Of a stretch of 64,000 nucleotides of DNA, positions 18,899-45,709 are shown piece after piece; the stretch's first letter is position 1; every line of letters starts with the position of its first letter. Source of the DNA: the human T2T-CHM13v2.0 reference genome, Homo sapiens. Location of the stretch: the NCBI RefSeq assembly GCF_009914755.1, contig NC_060935.1. One strand, written 5' to 3'. The notes beneath the pieces are model-generated. The model saw nothing but the letters and a program-made list of their open reading frames with translations, searched no databases and was not told where the DNA came from. The position numbers were made by a program, and so were the translations under genes.

Positions 18899-19017
18899 AG
18901 TGCTCCCTATAATTCTCATTAATTCATTCTAAATGAGTTAATATCTGCTAAGGCGCTTAGGACAATGCGTGGCATGTAGTGAGTGCTAATGAGAGTTATA
19001 GTTACTGTCATCGATAA

Positions 19018-19402
<385 letters not shown>

Positions 19403-20885
19403 TGACAGATTCTTGTCTGTCACCCAGGCATCATCGTGCCACTGCAGCCTTGAACTCCTAGACTCAAGGGATCCTCCCACCTCAGCCTCCCAAATAGCTG
19501 AGACTACGAGTGTGCACCACTGTGCCTGGCTGTTATTTTTATTTTTAGTAGAGACGGGTCTTGCTTTGCTGCCCAGGCTAAGTTATTGTTGATAAGATCA
19601 AGAAAGACAAAAGAAAAGTGAAAGATTACTCCCTCCGTTATAAACGTAACATATATCCATTATAGGAATATTTTTTAAAGAATAAAACAATCACTTATAA
19701 TCCTATTATCCAGAAAAAAATATGTTGGTTCATTTTCTTTCAGTCGACTTTAAATGCATAAGAGAAATTTTTCCACATATGCAATTCCTACTATGACTTC
19801 TGAAATTTTAACACATCTTATAAGCATTTTTCCATAATTTATTCTCATTTGGATTATTTTCCTAGGATGGATTCCTAGAAATGAAATAAGTGAGTTTTAC
19901 ATGGTTCTTTTAAATATGAAAGGAAATGATGGACACAAAACAAATTTGAAAATTCAAAAGCGTCATACAAATATGAGCTTCTCTTTCCCTAAACTTGCAC
20001 TGCAACCATAAATAACCAACCAGAACTACCTACTGTCCTGTACCAAGCCCTTATTATATGCTGTATGCTGAGCTAAACATGTAAGCATTTTATCCATTAT
20101 TCCACTTAGTCTTTCTAAGATGCCTGCTAAAAAGCTGATGATATCCCATAGCTGTCAAGTTAAAGGACAAAATCATTGTCCCTTAGGAATCCTCTTCTCT
20201 CTCGTCATTCTTATATGGCATCATGCTACTTCCATGTTAATACCCACACAGATGCCTTTGCCTGGCTGAGCACCTGTTCGCCACAGCCACCTTCTTTGTC
20301 CAGGTGGCTCCCACCTTTCCAAACTCAGTTAAAGCATGTTTTCCTTTGAGAAGTTTTCCCTGTTATCCTAACACTTTTAAATGCTGAACTAAGAGCCTTT
20401 ACTAAATTGAGATTAGGAAGCACAAGCAAAGTATATTGAACATAGTAGGTGCCAAATAAATATTGAATTAATTTTTTTTTAAGAGACAGGGTCTGCTGTG
20501 TTGCCCAGGCTGGCCTCAAATCCTCAAATTCCTAAGCTCATGCGATCCTCTCACTCCAGCCTCCTGTGTAGCTGAGGCTACAGGAGTGCTACCACATCTG
20601 ACTCTTTAATGAATTATTATTACATGAACTTGGTGTAGATATCTCATCAGGAAATGTTGGTTACATTATTAATAAAATACACATTGTCCAGAAAAAGAAT
20701 GAATTTTCTGGGTAGTTTGTGTTTAGTATGTGAAATATTGTGTTCAGTTTTGGATTCTATACTTTTAGAGGCTGATTGGTAAATTGGAATGTATACAGAG
20801 ATCTAAGGATGGTAAGAATGGAAACAGTATTACAAGTAAAATGGTTAAAGAAGTGAATCTGTTTATTAAAGAAAAGACTTTGTAT

Positions 20886-23330
20886 GGCCAGGCTTGGTGG
20901 CTCACGCCTATAAATCTCAGCACTTTGGGAGGCCGAGGTGGGCAGATCACTTGAGGTCAGGAGTTCAAGACCAACCCGTCCAACATGGCGAAACCCCATC
21001 TCTACTAAAAATACAAAAATTAGCCAGGTGTGGTGGCGCGTGGCTATAATCTCAGCTACTCAGGAGGCTGCGGCACAAGAATCACTTGAACCCGGGAGGC
21101 AGAGGTTGTAGTGAGCCCAGATCACACCACTGCACTCTAGCCTGGGCAACAGAGCAAGACTCTGTCAAAAAGAAAGAAAGAGAGGAAGGAAGGAAGGAAG
21201 GAAGGAAAGAAGGAAGGAAGGAAGGAAGGAAGGAAGGAAGGAAGGAAGGAAGAAGGGGAAGGGGAAGGAAAGGGAAAGGGAAGGGGAAGGGGAAGGAAGG
21301 AAAGAAAGGAAAGAAAGAAAAGACTTTGCGGGTGATAGTGGGGGTGTGCAGAATGGGGTATGACAGCCACCTTTAATTATGTGATGAAGATTAGTTCAAT
21401 AAAAAGACAAAATGTCCAGCCAATGGAGCTGTGAACTTCTCTGTCCTTCTATTGTAGTAAATGACTTCCACACCAGGCAGAAAGATGACACAAATACCTT
21501 CAAACTCTGATGTGGGGCATGTCAAGAAAGCAGTTTTACATCAGCTTTTCTGAAAAGCAAGTACCATGTAAAAATCACCAACGATAAGAACTTTTAGTAT
21601 AAGCAGCTCCCAGCGCTGAGGTTTTTTTCACCATTATTTTGTATTTTCTGCACTGAAGGCAGAAGAAATTATTCAAAGAAGGACCAAACAAGAATACCAA
21701 ACAACGTAGCATTACTACAGGTAGATGAGAAAATAGCCACAACACAGAGGGAGAACAAACCGACTGAAGTACAGGGAATGAGATGGTTTCTTTCAAATAA
21801 GGGTTAAGGGCTGGGCGGTGCGGTGGCTCACACCTGTAATTCCAGCACTTTGGGAGGCTGAGATGGGCAGATTGCCTGAGCTCAGGAGTTTGAGACCAGC
21901 TCGGGTAACATGGTGAAACCCCATCTCTACAAAAATATAAAAAATCAGCCAGGCATGATGGCAGGCGCCTGTAATCTCAGCTACTCGGGAGGCTGGGGAA
22001 GGAGAACTGCTTGAACCCGGGAGGCTTGCGGCGAGCCGAGATCGCGCCACTGCACTCCAGCCTGGGCAACAAAGAAAAACTCTGTCTCAAAAAACAAAAA
22101 ACAAATAAGACTTAGGAACAATAATAAATGAAGGAAGCTAACTAGGCAGGGCTATATATGAGGACAGTTCCTGCAGGAGGGATTTGCAGCCAGAGGTGGT
22201 TTTTCTGCAGAGCTAATGCAGAGCAAGCTTCCAGGCCACTCTTTTGCCCCAGTTTCTTCCGAGGCTGTGGTAGGACCCCAAGCAATCTCGTACTGTTTCT
22301 CTTCAAGAGAGCACCTGACTTATGTAAGTTTTAGGACTTGCAAAACCTGTTTTCAAGCCTGTAAACCAGTTTACCACCAAAACAAAACTTAGTATACGCA
22401 TAAGGTGTTTAAAGATTTTTTTGTAGCATTTAATTTTAGACATGCCCACATACCCGGATTGTAATCAGTTAAATTAATATTGTCTTTGAAAACAAAACAT
22501 ACTCTAGGACCAGATTCTTTTCCATATCAAGGCCCTGCTTTGGCATCGAATCTGGGGACCCTGTATTGATTTTAAATACTTGATATTTTTGTCTACTTGA
22601 CTTATTTGATAAAAGCAGACCCTTAGTCTAGATCAGTAGGAGGTAGAAGAAAGGCTTTATAAACGATTTAAATCTTAATTACCTATTAATGTGGTAAACG
22701 TGTGTATTATATAAGGTTAAACCTGTTCTGCCTCAAGCAACTGCATTGCTTCCCTCTGAGAAGTGATTCCACCTGCTCAGCATCAGCGGCAAACAGAACA
22801 CAGAAGCACCCTAAAGAGCTGGGTGTGATGGTACGCGCCTGTAATCCCAGCTACTCAGGAGACTGAAGCGGGAGGATCCCTGAAGTCCAAGGAGTTCGAG
22901 GCTGTATTGTGTCATGATCATGCCAGTGATAGCCACAGCACTCCAGCCTGGGCAACATAGTGAGACCTCATCTCTAATAAGTTAAAAAAAAAAAAAAAGC
23001 GCTGGTGTGGTGGCTTACACCTGTAATCCTAGCACTTTGGGAGGCCGAGGCCAGTGGATCACTTGAGCCCAGGAGTTTGAGACCAGCCTGGGCAACATGG
23101 CAAAATCCCTTCTCTACAAAAAATATAAAAATTAGCAGGCTATGGTGGCACATGCCTGTAGTCCCAGCTACCTGGGAGACTGAAGTGGGAAGATCACCTT
23201 AGCCTGCTAAAATAGAGGCTGCAGTGAGCCATGATTGTGCCACTGCACTCCAGCCTGGGTAACAGAGTGAGACCCTGTCTCAAAAACAAAACAAAACAAA
23301 ACAAAACAAAACAAAACAAAACAAAACAAA
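20886..23330 (+). mobile_element. Plus-strand Alus (~20886-21170, 21809-22105, FAM-like monomer 22817-22998, 22999-23330)
   Basis: Consensus matches; 'gtgatagccacagcactccagcc' marks a fossil Alu monomer. Confidence 0.88.
21167..21322 (+). repeat. (GGAA)n / GA-rich microsatellite
   Basis: Directly visible, in an Alu tail. Confidence 0.95.
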
Positions 23331-23949
23331 AGGGAAGAAAAAAAAAATTCAACCTGAGGCTGATTTTTTTTAAGTGTTCTAAGTAGTAGAGAAAGATGCA
23401 ACAGCTAAATACATTTTTATAAGGACTCTTCTGTTTATTATTAAGCATGTGACTTTACAGACTATCACACAGCCTGAAAATGTAAGGAAAAGGAATGACA
23501 AGCCATTGAAACATTTTTATGCATCCATTGAGGGCTGTATCAGACTAATATTTTCCGATATTTGGTAGGGAGTTGGTTAGCATGATGTGATCAGGAGACC
23601 ATATATTTCTAAGTCAGTAAAACCAGGATTCAGTTTCCTTCTCTGCTAGTACTGGTTTTGGCTATTGACAAGTTATTTAACCTCTTTGAGCCTCAGTTTT
23701 CTCATCTGTAAAATGGGTTTAATACACATTTTACAAATCTCAACTGGGTCTCTTTCATTTTCAATTTTTTCCCTTCCACCACTGCCTCCTTATCAGTGAC
23801 AAACAGGAACAACAACCAAGTTCTCCACCCATACCCTACAAGAGCTACTCTCCTAGTTTTTGCTCTTTCAACGGGGAACTTCTGGGAAGAGACAAGACTG
23901 TACTTGTTAGCTCTCCTTCCTCCAAGCCACTTAAACCTTTACATCCTGC

Positions 23950-25330
23950 AAATAGCTTTTACTCCCTCAAATAAATGACCAGTGACAAAGTTCAATGATC
24001 TCCAAGTTCAGTGGTTCTTTCTTAGTCCTCATCCTATTTGGCCTTTTCTAGTTTTCGACTCTATGCTGTGGTGACAAATACTGTTTGAACAGAACAGTAA
24101 TATATCCTTCTGGTTTCTTTCTACCTCTCCTGTTGCATTGCCTATTGGCTAGCTCATACATTTAACTAATAGCCTTTTGGAAGGTAACTTCCAAAATTCT
24201 AATTCTGGCATTTCACATCTTCACCTTCCTCTCATTCCCATAATCTTCTTGTTTTCCCTATTTCTGCCAATGGCATCATCATCACCATATTCTCCCAGGC
24301 CCATGTTCAGAGGTTAAAGTTCTCTTTGTCCCTCCTTCCTTCTCCTTGACTCTATGCCACTGACTCCCCCACCCAGTGACTGGCCAAGACCATAGACTTT
24401 ACCTTTTACGACCATCTCCTTTCTAATTCCGCTCCATCTCCCTTAGTTCTGCCCACATTTTCTCTTTCCCCAAGATCACAGTGGGCTCCTAGCTGCCTCC
24501 TGGACTCCAGGCTCTGCCGCATCCCTCAGGTAGCTCTCACACTCGTTTTTTGCCTAAAAGCCAACTCTAATTATGTTCTTGTCCAAAGGTTTCTATGGCT
24601 CCTCAGTATCTTTGCTGTAAATCCACCAACCATCCTGCCTTAATTACGGATTACAAACCCTGGGCTCCAATTAAGTGAAATATGACTGGCATATTCTCTT
24701 CCATCATGTTTTTCCAGTGCTATGCCTTTGCTTGCATTGTTCCTTCCATGCTTCTTGTCCTCTCCTGACACTGCATGAACACATCCTGTATAGATTCCCA
24801 GGAAACCTCAGATAGCCTCTTCTCTGTGATCCTCTCCTGGTGTCCTCACACAGCTGTAACCAACTTCCTCTGCTCTTCTTAAAAAACTTCCCTTCTCTTA
24901 AGCCATTTGTGACTTTCCACCTATTGCTATGGTTATGCGCACCCAGGTTTCAGCTTCTCTGACAGACTGTAAAACTCACTTAGTTCTGTGTTCATTCAGC
25001 AAGTATTTTTTGAACACCTATTAAGCACAACCACTATGCTAGATTGTGGAGGTACAGACACGGTTCTTCCCCTCAAGGGACTCGTGGTATAATTAAGGAA
25101 ACTGAAAAGAAAAGAAATAACTAATGCTTAGTTTACACATAGTATGACAGAGGTGGGTACATACAGAATGTTACGGGGAGCAAAAAGGAGGTGCACCAAA
25201 CTCAGCTTTGAAGAAGAAAAGGAGGAGCAGAAAACGTCCTTGAGCAGGTGACACTTGAACCAAGTCTTAAATACTGAGTCAGCTGTGGATGAGGGGGAAA
25301 GGCAATCTGGGTAGAAGGAAGGAGATATTT
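23950..25330. mobile_element. L2 fragments (both orientations)
   Basis: C/T-rich L2 body ~23950-24980, then a reversed L2 3' end 'cattcagcaagtattttttgaacaccta' from ~24990. Confidence 0.55.
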
Positions 25331-25433
25331 AAAGGCTATCAGCTATAGGCCAAGGCATAGAATTGATTCATATTTATTTCCCATACCACAAGGGTTCTAA
25401 CGCATATATTAAATCAGGGCCATTCCATTATAA

Positions 25434-27382
<1,949 letters not shown>

Positions 27383-28078
27383 TAAAAGATAATAAAATGA
27401 AAACATACTACTCATAAGCCTTGGTCACTGACATGAGCATATTTGGAATGAAAAATTATTGAGAATTGCAAGACCAGGTATGTTCCTGTCAGTGTCATTT
27501 AATAAAAAGACCATAACATTTTAAAGTACAGAATGTTGATGAATGGGGCTATCAACTCTTAGTAACGATCCTTCCATAACTTGAAAATGCAAATAAACTT
27601 CTTTCAAGACCTAAGTTTAGACTGAAGGCCCTCTAAATTATGTTCCTGTATTTCCTTGTACTATCCCATGATATTAAAGCTCAGTCTTGAAGATACAGTC
27701 TCCAAAGCATGAATATCCACGCCACTGAACTCAGATATCTCACTTGCTTTTCCCTGAGTTCAAGGCCCTGATTTTGTAGGTGAGGTAACAGGCCCCAGAG
27801 GGGCTACATGTCCTACCCTAGGCTCAACAACTCAATGAGGATTTAGGTAGTCACTTGATACTTTTCCCACATACTTGCAGATGAACCTGCACTTAGTAAT
27901 ACATCGCTTTACCCTCCTACCCCTTACATTTAAGTCACTTCATGCTTTTCACTATTGTACATTCATTTTAAGTTCAATCACACAAAGCGGTGCAGTGAGA
28001 CAGGTTTTAATATTCACATTTGACAGAGAAGAAAAGAGAGTCCCAAGCGATGGAGGAACTTGCCGGTGATCATGCGGC

Positions 28079-28494
28079 TGTGTCAGTCAGCTCCGGCTGC
28101 TGCAACAAAATAACATAGGCTGGGGGGCTTCAACAACAGGGATTTATTTTTCACAGTTCTTGAAGCCTGGGAAGTCCAAGCTCAAGGTGCCACTTTGGCC
28201 CCTCAGTGATGGACCTCTTCCTGGTTTGCAGATGGCGGCCTTCTTGCTGTGTTCGCACATGGAGGAGGGAGGTGAGGGCTGAGGTTGGGGGTAGGGGACA
28301 GAGAGTGTGAGAGAAAAGCAAGCTCTTTGGTGTCTCTCCTAATAAAGGCACTCATCCCATCATGACCTGCTACCTCCATGACCTCATCCAAATCCGATTA
28401 CCTCCCAAAGGCCCCATTTACAAATAACCATCACACTGGGGTTCAGCGCTTCGGCACACACATTAGGGGTGGGGACAAAATTCGGTCCATAGCA
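28079..28494 (-). mobile_element. MaLR solo LTR (MLT1A-like), ~1.5 kb upstream of APLP2 exon 1
   Basis: 'ggctgctgcaacaaaataacataggctggg...gggaagtccaagctcaaggtg...tccatagca' matches the MLT1A reverse strand. Confidence 0.8.
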
Positions 28495-30090
28495 AGAGCC
28501 AAATTCATGCCAGTTCCAGAACTAGTATCAGCACCCAAGATAACTGGGTTCAATAACACTGGGCAAACATTTATCGAGGACTGCACTGTGAGGGGCACTG
28601 CGGCATGACAGACCCAAGTCTTGTCAGTGACCTGAGAGAGGTATGGAATAACTAGGGAGCGAGTGCCACAGTGGGAAACATCCCTCTGAGCAATCAGAAG
28701 CGATATTTCAGCCGACTGAGCCGAGGAACAGTGAAAACGCTTCCAACAGGCAGATGTTGGGGAGAGGACATTGCAGGCGCAGAAGAGTGTTAGGAAGGGC
28801 TGTGAAATGGAAAGGTGTCGTCTTGGAGGAATCGGGCAGAGCCAGTTTACCCACAGGGAACTGGGCATGTAGGGGAGAGTGGTGCAGAATAAGGCTGGAA
28901 AATCCCGAGTTCTTACAGGCGCACTCGTCTACTCCGCGGACAGTCTCTTCCTTTCTATTGTCAGCGTCCTGGGGGTAGGGTTGTGTTATGCATTTAGTTG
29001 AACCTGAAGGGACTAGTCCAGGTCTCTCAGAAGGCAGTACCTAACTCACAGGCGACTGAAAGGAAACAAGGCCAGCGGAGCCCTGGCGGTGGCGAGGCTG
29101 TGCCAATTGCTAAATGGGGCAGCAGGACGTTTTTCTCTAGTGAAGTGGCAATGCCGCGGAGCAGGAAGGCAGAGTAGCAGGTCTCCCGCTAGTGCGTCTC
29201 AACCGAAGAAGCGGCGTGATCTCTTCCTAAAACACACGAGGAAGGGGGCCTGGGCTGTGAGGCCGGCGTGGTTCTTGCACCCCTGGTCTCTATCCCTGCC
29301 TGGGCAACTGCTGGGAAGGAAGGGTCGGCAAGAGGCCTAAAGACCGGAGGCCAAGGGTGCGGAGCGCGGCCGGGCTCAGAGGCGAGGACCCGGCGGAGAG
29401 GCCTGGGCGGAGCAGCGCGGGAGAGGCGCGCCCTGAGTAGGGCTCGGGGGAGGACGATGGCTGCCTCCTGCGGTCCTCCCCCTGCCTCGGGGGACGGCCC
29501 TTGGCAGACCGTCCCGGACTCCTAATTCATCCTGTTTTTAATAAAACCATTTCCAGAATCAAAAAGAGGGCGGTACCCAAAGGAGTCTGAAGAATGCCCA
29601 GCAGGGGAAGGGGAGCGGGGCGTGCCCGTATAGGGAGGCTGAAGGCTGACGGACCAGCGCAGCAGGGACAGATAACCGCGCCGGGGGGCGGAGGCCAGAG
29701 CCAGCCCCGCGCCCACAGGGTTGCGGCCCCAGACCCGCCGCGCGCACGCCCCCGCGCCTGGCGGCCACAGGGTCCGGAGCGGGGGCGGGGCCATCCGCGG
29801 CCGGGGGCGGGGCCGGGCGGGGGGCGCGCGGTTGGACCGGGCGGGAGGAGCAGGCTCTTCCATCTCCTGATTGGGTCTGGACCGCAAGAGGGCGGGGTCT
29901 TGAGGGGTTCTGCGGGCCGGCATTGGGAGCCGCAGAAGGAGGGCGTGGTAATATGAAGTCAGTTCCGGTTGGTGTAAAACCCCCGGGGCGGCGGCGAACT
30001 GGCTTTAGATGCTTCTGGGTCGCGGTGTGCTAAGCGAGGAGTCTGAGTGTGTGAGCTTGAGAGCCGCGCGCTAGAGCGACCCGGCGAGGG

Positions 30091-30195
30091 ATGGCGGCCA
30101 CCGGGACCGCGGCCGCCGCAGCCACGGGCAGGCTCCTGCTTCTGCTGCTGGTGGGGCTCACGGCGCCTGCCTTGGCGCTGGCCGGCTACATCGAG
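30091..30195 (+). CDS. APLP2: APLP2 coding exon 1 (signal peptide, 35 codons); gene continues beyond the window
   Basis: Translates to [35 protein letters not shown], the APLP2 N-terminus as I recall it. Strong Kozak context (gggATGG). Ends at phase-0 donor GAG|GTGGGG (30196). Lies in a CpG island. The exon 2 peptide (ALAANAGTGFAV...) was not found downstream in the window. Confidence 0.97.
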
Positions 30196-30725
30196 GTGGG
30201 GACCGGGCGAACGCCGGAGAGTCGTCTCCTTCGCCCGCCGGAGGAGCGCGGACTGCGGGCGGGCAGCGGGGTCCGCGGCAGGGCGGGCCGGCGGTGCGGC
30301 GCCGGGGGTCCGGCTCTGCGGCGGGTCTGGCGCGCCCTCCCCCGCCCGTCCCTGCTTGGCGCAGTGCTTAGCGCTGGAGGTCGGGCTGCCTCAGCCGCCG
30401 CAGAGGCCAAATGAAAGGCGTCGGGTCTGCTGGGGGCGGCCGTCCGCCTCGGCCGCCCCAGCCCCCAACCCGCCCGCGGCGCCGCCACCTCCTCCGGGGA
30501 CCCAGTGCCCCCGGGCGCCCGCCCCGCCCTCCCCCGGGACAATGCCAGGGCGCTCCTCTCCCGCCGGAGTCCGCGGCTGGGCTTTCTCCACGGGCGGCCC
30601 CGCGCGGACCCCGTACGCTCCCTCGCGCGGCACCGGGGCCTCGGCTCCGGGCCTCCCACCTGCGAGCGGCGGGTTTCGCCTTTGTTGCCAGGTGGACGCG
30701 GCCCCGGCCTTCGCGCGCGGCAGGG

Positions 30726-30860
30726 ATGCTGCGAGCCCCGGGGGAGCTCCCGCGCCAGGCCGCCCGCTGCTCCCTCTGCCGCCTGGGGCCGGGTCGCGGA
30801 CGCGCATTTTTTAAGTGGCGCTGTTTGCCTGCGTCCGTAGACCGAGGAAACCCGCTCTGG
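30726..30860 (+). CDS. APLP2: APLP2 alternative first coding exon (45 codons, no signal peptide)
   Basis: ATG at 30726 gives MLRAPGELPRQAARCSLCRLGPGRGRAFFKWRCLPASVDRGNPLW, then donor TGG|GTGCGT at 30861. Same phase 0 as exon 1. I recall an annotated APLP2 isoform with this N-terminus but could not verify it. Confidence 0.7.
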
Positions 30861-32584
30861 GTGCGTTGACCGCTTTCGTGAGGGTTTCAGTGAGTAGGGA
30901 AGGTGCCCGCGAAGGCGTGTAAACTGTTGGAAAAATCGTCCTCTTTCGGTGTCAGAATTCTATCAGTGGTTGTGCTTCGAGGTCGCACCCTGAGCATCCC
31001 CGCTGCGAGAAAGGCGAAGCGGCAGGGCCGGGGGTTGGGGAGGCCGCGGGAGGGGGCGGGGGCGGCGGGGTCCGCGGTGCGGGCCGGAGCGGGCAGCCTT
31101 GGAGGAGCCCTGCTGTGGCCGAGGGAGACGGCGGGCTTGATCTTTACTTCCCTTCTCGAAGTGGTGCTTGAACTGCTGGTCTGGAATGTGTAGTTCTGGT
31201 GTCGTTTATTTCTTCTCCCTCTTCGCTCTTTTAAAAATTACAACTGGTTTCTGCATACTTAGCTAATTTCAGAGAGACCTGAAGACTGGATTTGATTGGG
31301 CATTAATTGAGAGCTTTCTTTTAAAAGACCTCAGGTTTAGAATATATTTACTTCTACAGAATGTTCAAGTATTTCCACGGGTAAAAATAAATCTAATAAA
31401 AAGCCTCTCTGATGGAACGGCTTAACACCTTTGTATTCATCCAGTTTAAAGCTTTGTGACTGTGAGGGTAAGAAAGGAGTTCAGCTTTAAAGAGAAATAG
31501 TTAACGTTTATCTACAGAGGATTTTGGATTGCGATTGTTTCAGTGTGTCCACACAATGGTCAGAGTTGTATCTGTGATCCCTGATATGTCGCATGAAAAC
31601 AGGTGAGTGAGATGGGAAGAAAAAATAAAGGCTTTCGTATGGAAGATGGGACTTCACTAGTGGGTCGGGTGTCAGAAACCATCGTTCACACTCGCACTCC
31701 ACTTCCCACTGCTATGACTAATTTGAGGCATTAGTGAATTCACAGTAGAAGACTCAGCAGTTTTAAAGAATTCGTTAATACTTGTGTAGCGGGAAAAAAT
31801 AATATGAGAATTCATTGTTGTGTGTTAAATTTGATTGTTAGCCACAGCGTTGTTCAGTTGAAAAGTATGGTTGAAGAAAGTAGGAATTAAACATTTCTGA
31901 AAAATGGTTTTATGGTAACTCCTGTTCTTTGGAGCTGTATTTTTGCTCACACTTACTAAATGATCTTTCAAGGGGCCTTTTGTCAAGCTATCAGAATTTT
32001 ATTCATATGAATATAATTTGATTTTGTTTATTTGCTGTCAGGCAAGGGACTGTCGAAGCTTAATTTAGATGAGAGTGGCCTAAATCAGGATGTCTTTGGG
32101 AAGGCCCTGATTGAGATTAGCGAAAGGGATTCTGGCCAAATCCCTGATCAAGTTGCTTGGCACAGAATTATTGATTGGCAAATCTTTAGTGTTGCTTGGT
32201 GTTGACTGAATTAATCTCTTACACCTGTTTAAAAAGAAAAAGCTCACCTCTGGACTCAGGGTCACTTCCTCTCTTAAATCCGAGACAAGTTCTCCTGTGT
32301 GCATGCTCCCATTTGGGACTGAGACAGTATTGTGCTGAAACCCCGCATACTGTGCAGTGGATGACTAGGCTCCTGAGAACCGGAACTTGAGTTTGTTCTG
32401 TCACATTTGAAAGAAAGAAGGCCATTTGATTGCCAGTTTTCTGGAAACTCAAACCCAAATTAAAGGATGTCAACTGAGGCAGAGTAGAGAAGGCTTTGTG
32501 TTGGTGTTTCTGACAGGTGGTATGGGAGATGTGTAATTGTACCTTGGAGAGAAACCTTGGTGTGCTTCTGATAGGAATATCGTC

Positions 32585-36525
<3,941 letters not shown>

Positions 36526-36779
36526 TAGTAGTAAGTTGTGTCATTTTTGTATTCTGACCTAAAGTTTTAAGAAAAGAAGTTACGGTTCCCTGTAGAGATT
36601 TTTATCAAAATCAAGGTGCGGGATTATTTGGAAGAGAGAAGGCTGCCAGCACCAGATACTCAATCAGTGGCCAGTGACCAGTGTGATGGGGGTAAGATTG
36701 TGGTCCAGAAAAAAACTACTTCGTGTGTGGAGTGGGGCACCTAAAAGGTTGCTTAATTGAGCTGTCCCCACCGCCTTCC

Positions 36780-37085
36780 TACCCTGCCTTCCTTGGGCAC
36801 ACTCCCCAGTGGTTGTGGAATTAACTCCAGGGGACATGCTCTGATAGGATAATGTCCAGAGGAGGAAGAGATAGTCTCTTCCTGTATATCTCCTTTTAAG
36901 AGTGAAGAAACCTTTCTCAAAGCCCACCAGCATAAGACCCCTCAGGTGTCACTGGATAGAAGTGTATCAGATGCTTCTAGCCAAAGCAAGCCTTGGCAAG
37001 GGGAATGGTACTGCCTCCACAGGCTTTGACTTCTCAGGGCCTGCTTTTGGAAGCATGTGGCCAGGAGGAGGAGGGTGCAGCCTCT
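36780..37085 (-). mobile_element. Old MaLR LTR fragment (MLT1K/L-like)
   Basis: 'gagtgaagaaacctttctcaaagcccaccagc...ggcaaggggaatgg' motif. Confidence 0.5.
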
Positions 37086-38049
37086 AATCAGGTTGGGCTT
37101 ATCAGATGGTGATACCTCTTACTAAAAAGAAAAAGTTGGGCTTGGTTGGAAAAGAAAGCTGTGGATGTTGGTGAGAACCCAGTGTCTGCTACAGGGGCAT
37201 TCCCTGTCTGGGAAGTTATGTAGCTGGGATGGCTGAAAGAGAAAGAAGTAATTTCTTCTGAAGAAATTATCTGTGGGTTAAAAGTTAGCTGGCAAAATGG
37301 AGACATCTGAGACATCACAATGCGTTTGTTAGATCTGGGATAATGCTATCATTTTAAAGGGATAATGCTATCCAGAAGAGAATGGCTGGAATGGTGAAGA
37401 ATGTGAAAAATTTGACATGACAGGTGAGTGGACTGTGAGGGAGATATTTCGCCTAGATAAGAAAATGTGACATTAGTGGTGGTAGTAAGGATCGTTAGTA
37501 TTTTCACATATTTTATGCTTTGTCTCTGGAAGGCTAAGCATGTAACTTGCTTAGGCTGAAGCAGGCTTTTTACCCGGAGAGGTGAACTATTAGAGCTTTT
37601 ATTTTACTCTCTTTAATTATGAGCATTCCCCACATAGGATAGTTAAACATGTAAAACAGACCCTTATGTCCAGCCCCCAGTTTTGTTGAATCTTAACATT
37701 TCTCATGTATGTTTTAGCCTTAAAAAAAAAAAAAAAAAAACCACTGGATACGGAAATATAACATTACCAATAAAAGCCTCATTTGAACTTTCCAGAAGTA
37801 ACTCTTGAGTTAGGAATTTACATTTCCATTCATATTTTCATTACATTTGCTTAGGCCGTTATTAGAGTTGTAACACATATTTATCAACACATAGTGTTAA
37901 TTATTTGTGCATACTGTGATGATTTTAGAAGGTAAGAATGTCAAGCTGTTTGAACTGAAAGTAAAGATAGCCCCTTATCAGGAAAGTGCCAGCCACCCTT
38001 GCTGCTTCTACCCACTATTGAAAGCCCTTGAGTATTTTTGAGCTTTTCA

Positions 38050-45708
<7,659 letters not shown>

Positions 45709-45709
45709 T

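Larger units (their letters stand above)
29000..31200 (+). promoter_or_regulatory. APLP2: APLP2 CpG island / TATA-less promoter
   Basis: Very high GC and CpG density. Multiple GGGCGG boxes at ~29685-29900, inverted CCAAT boxes (ATTGG 29870-29874 and 29922-29926), ETS-type TTCCGG at 29963-29968, no TATA box, G-run clusters at 29780-29825. Confidence 0.9.

Noticed and set aside
30091-30414. 107-aa ORF as a standalone secreted protein
   Set aside because: It is APLP2 exon 1 read through the donor at 30196 into GC-rich intron.
30047-30814. 255-aa ORF and overlapping minus-strand ORFs in the CpG island
   Set aside because: Low-complexity P/A/R/G content expected from stop-poor GC-rich DNA; no recognisable domain.
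37337-37372. 14-bp direct repeat GGGATAATGCTATC with 8-nt spacer
   Set aside because: An ordinary micro-duplication with only two units; not an array.
37915-37960. Box C (TGATGA) ... box D (CTGA) snoRNA-like motif
   Set aside because: Only ~45 nt apart, no terminal stem and no recognisable guide sequence.
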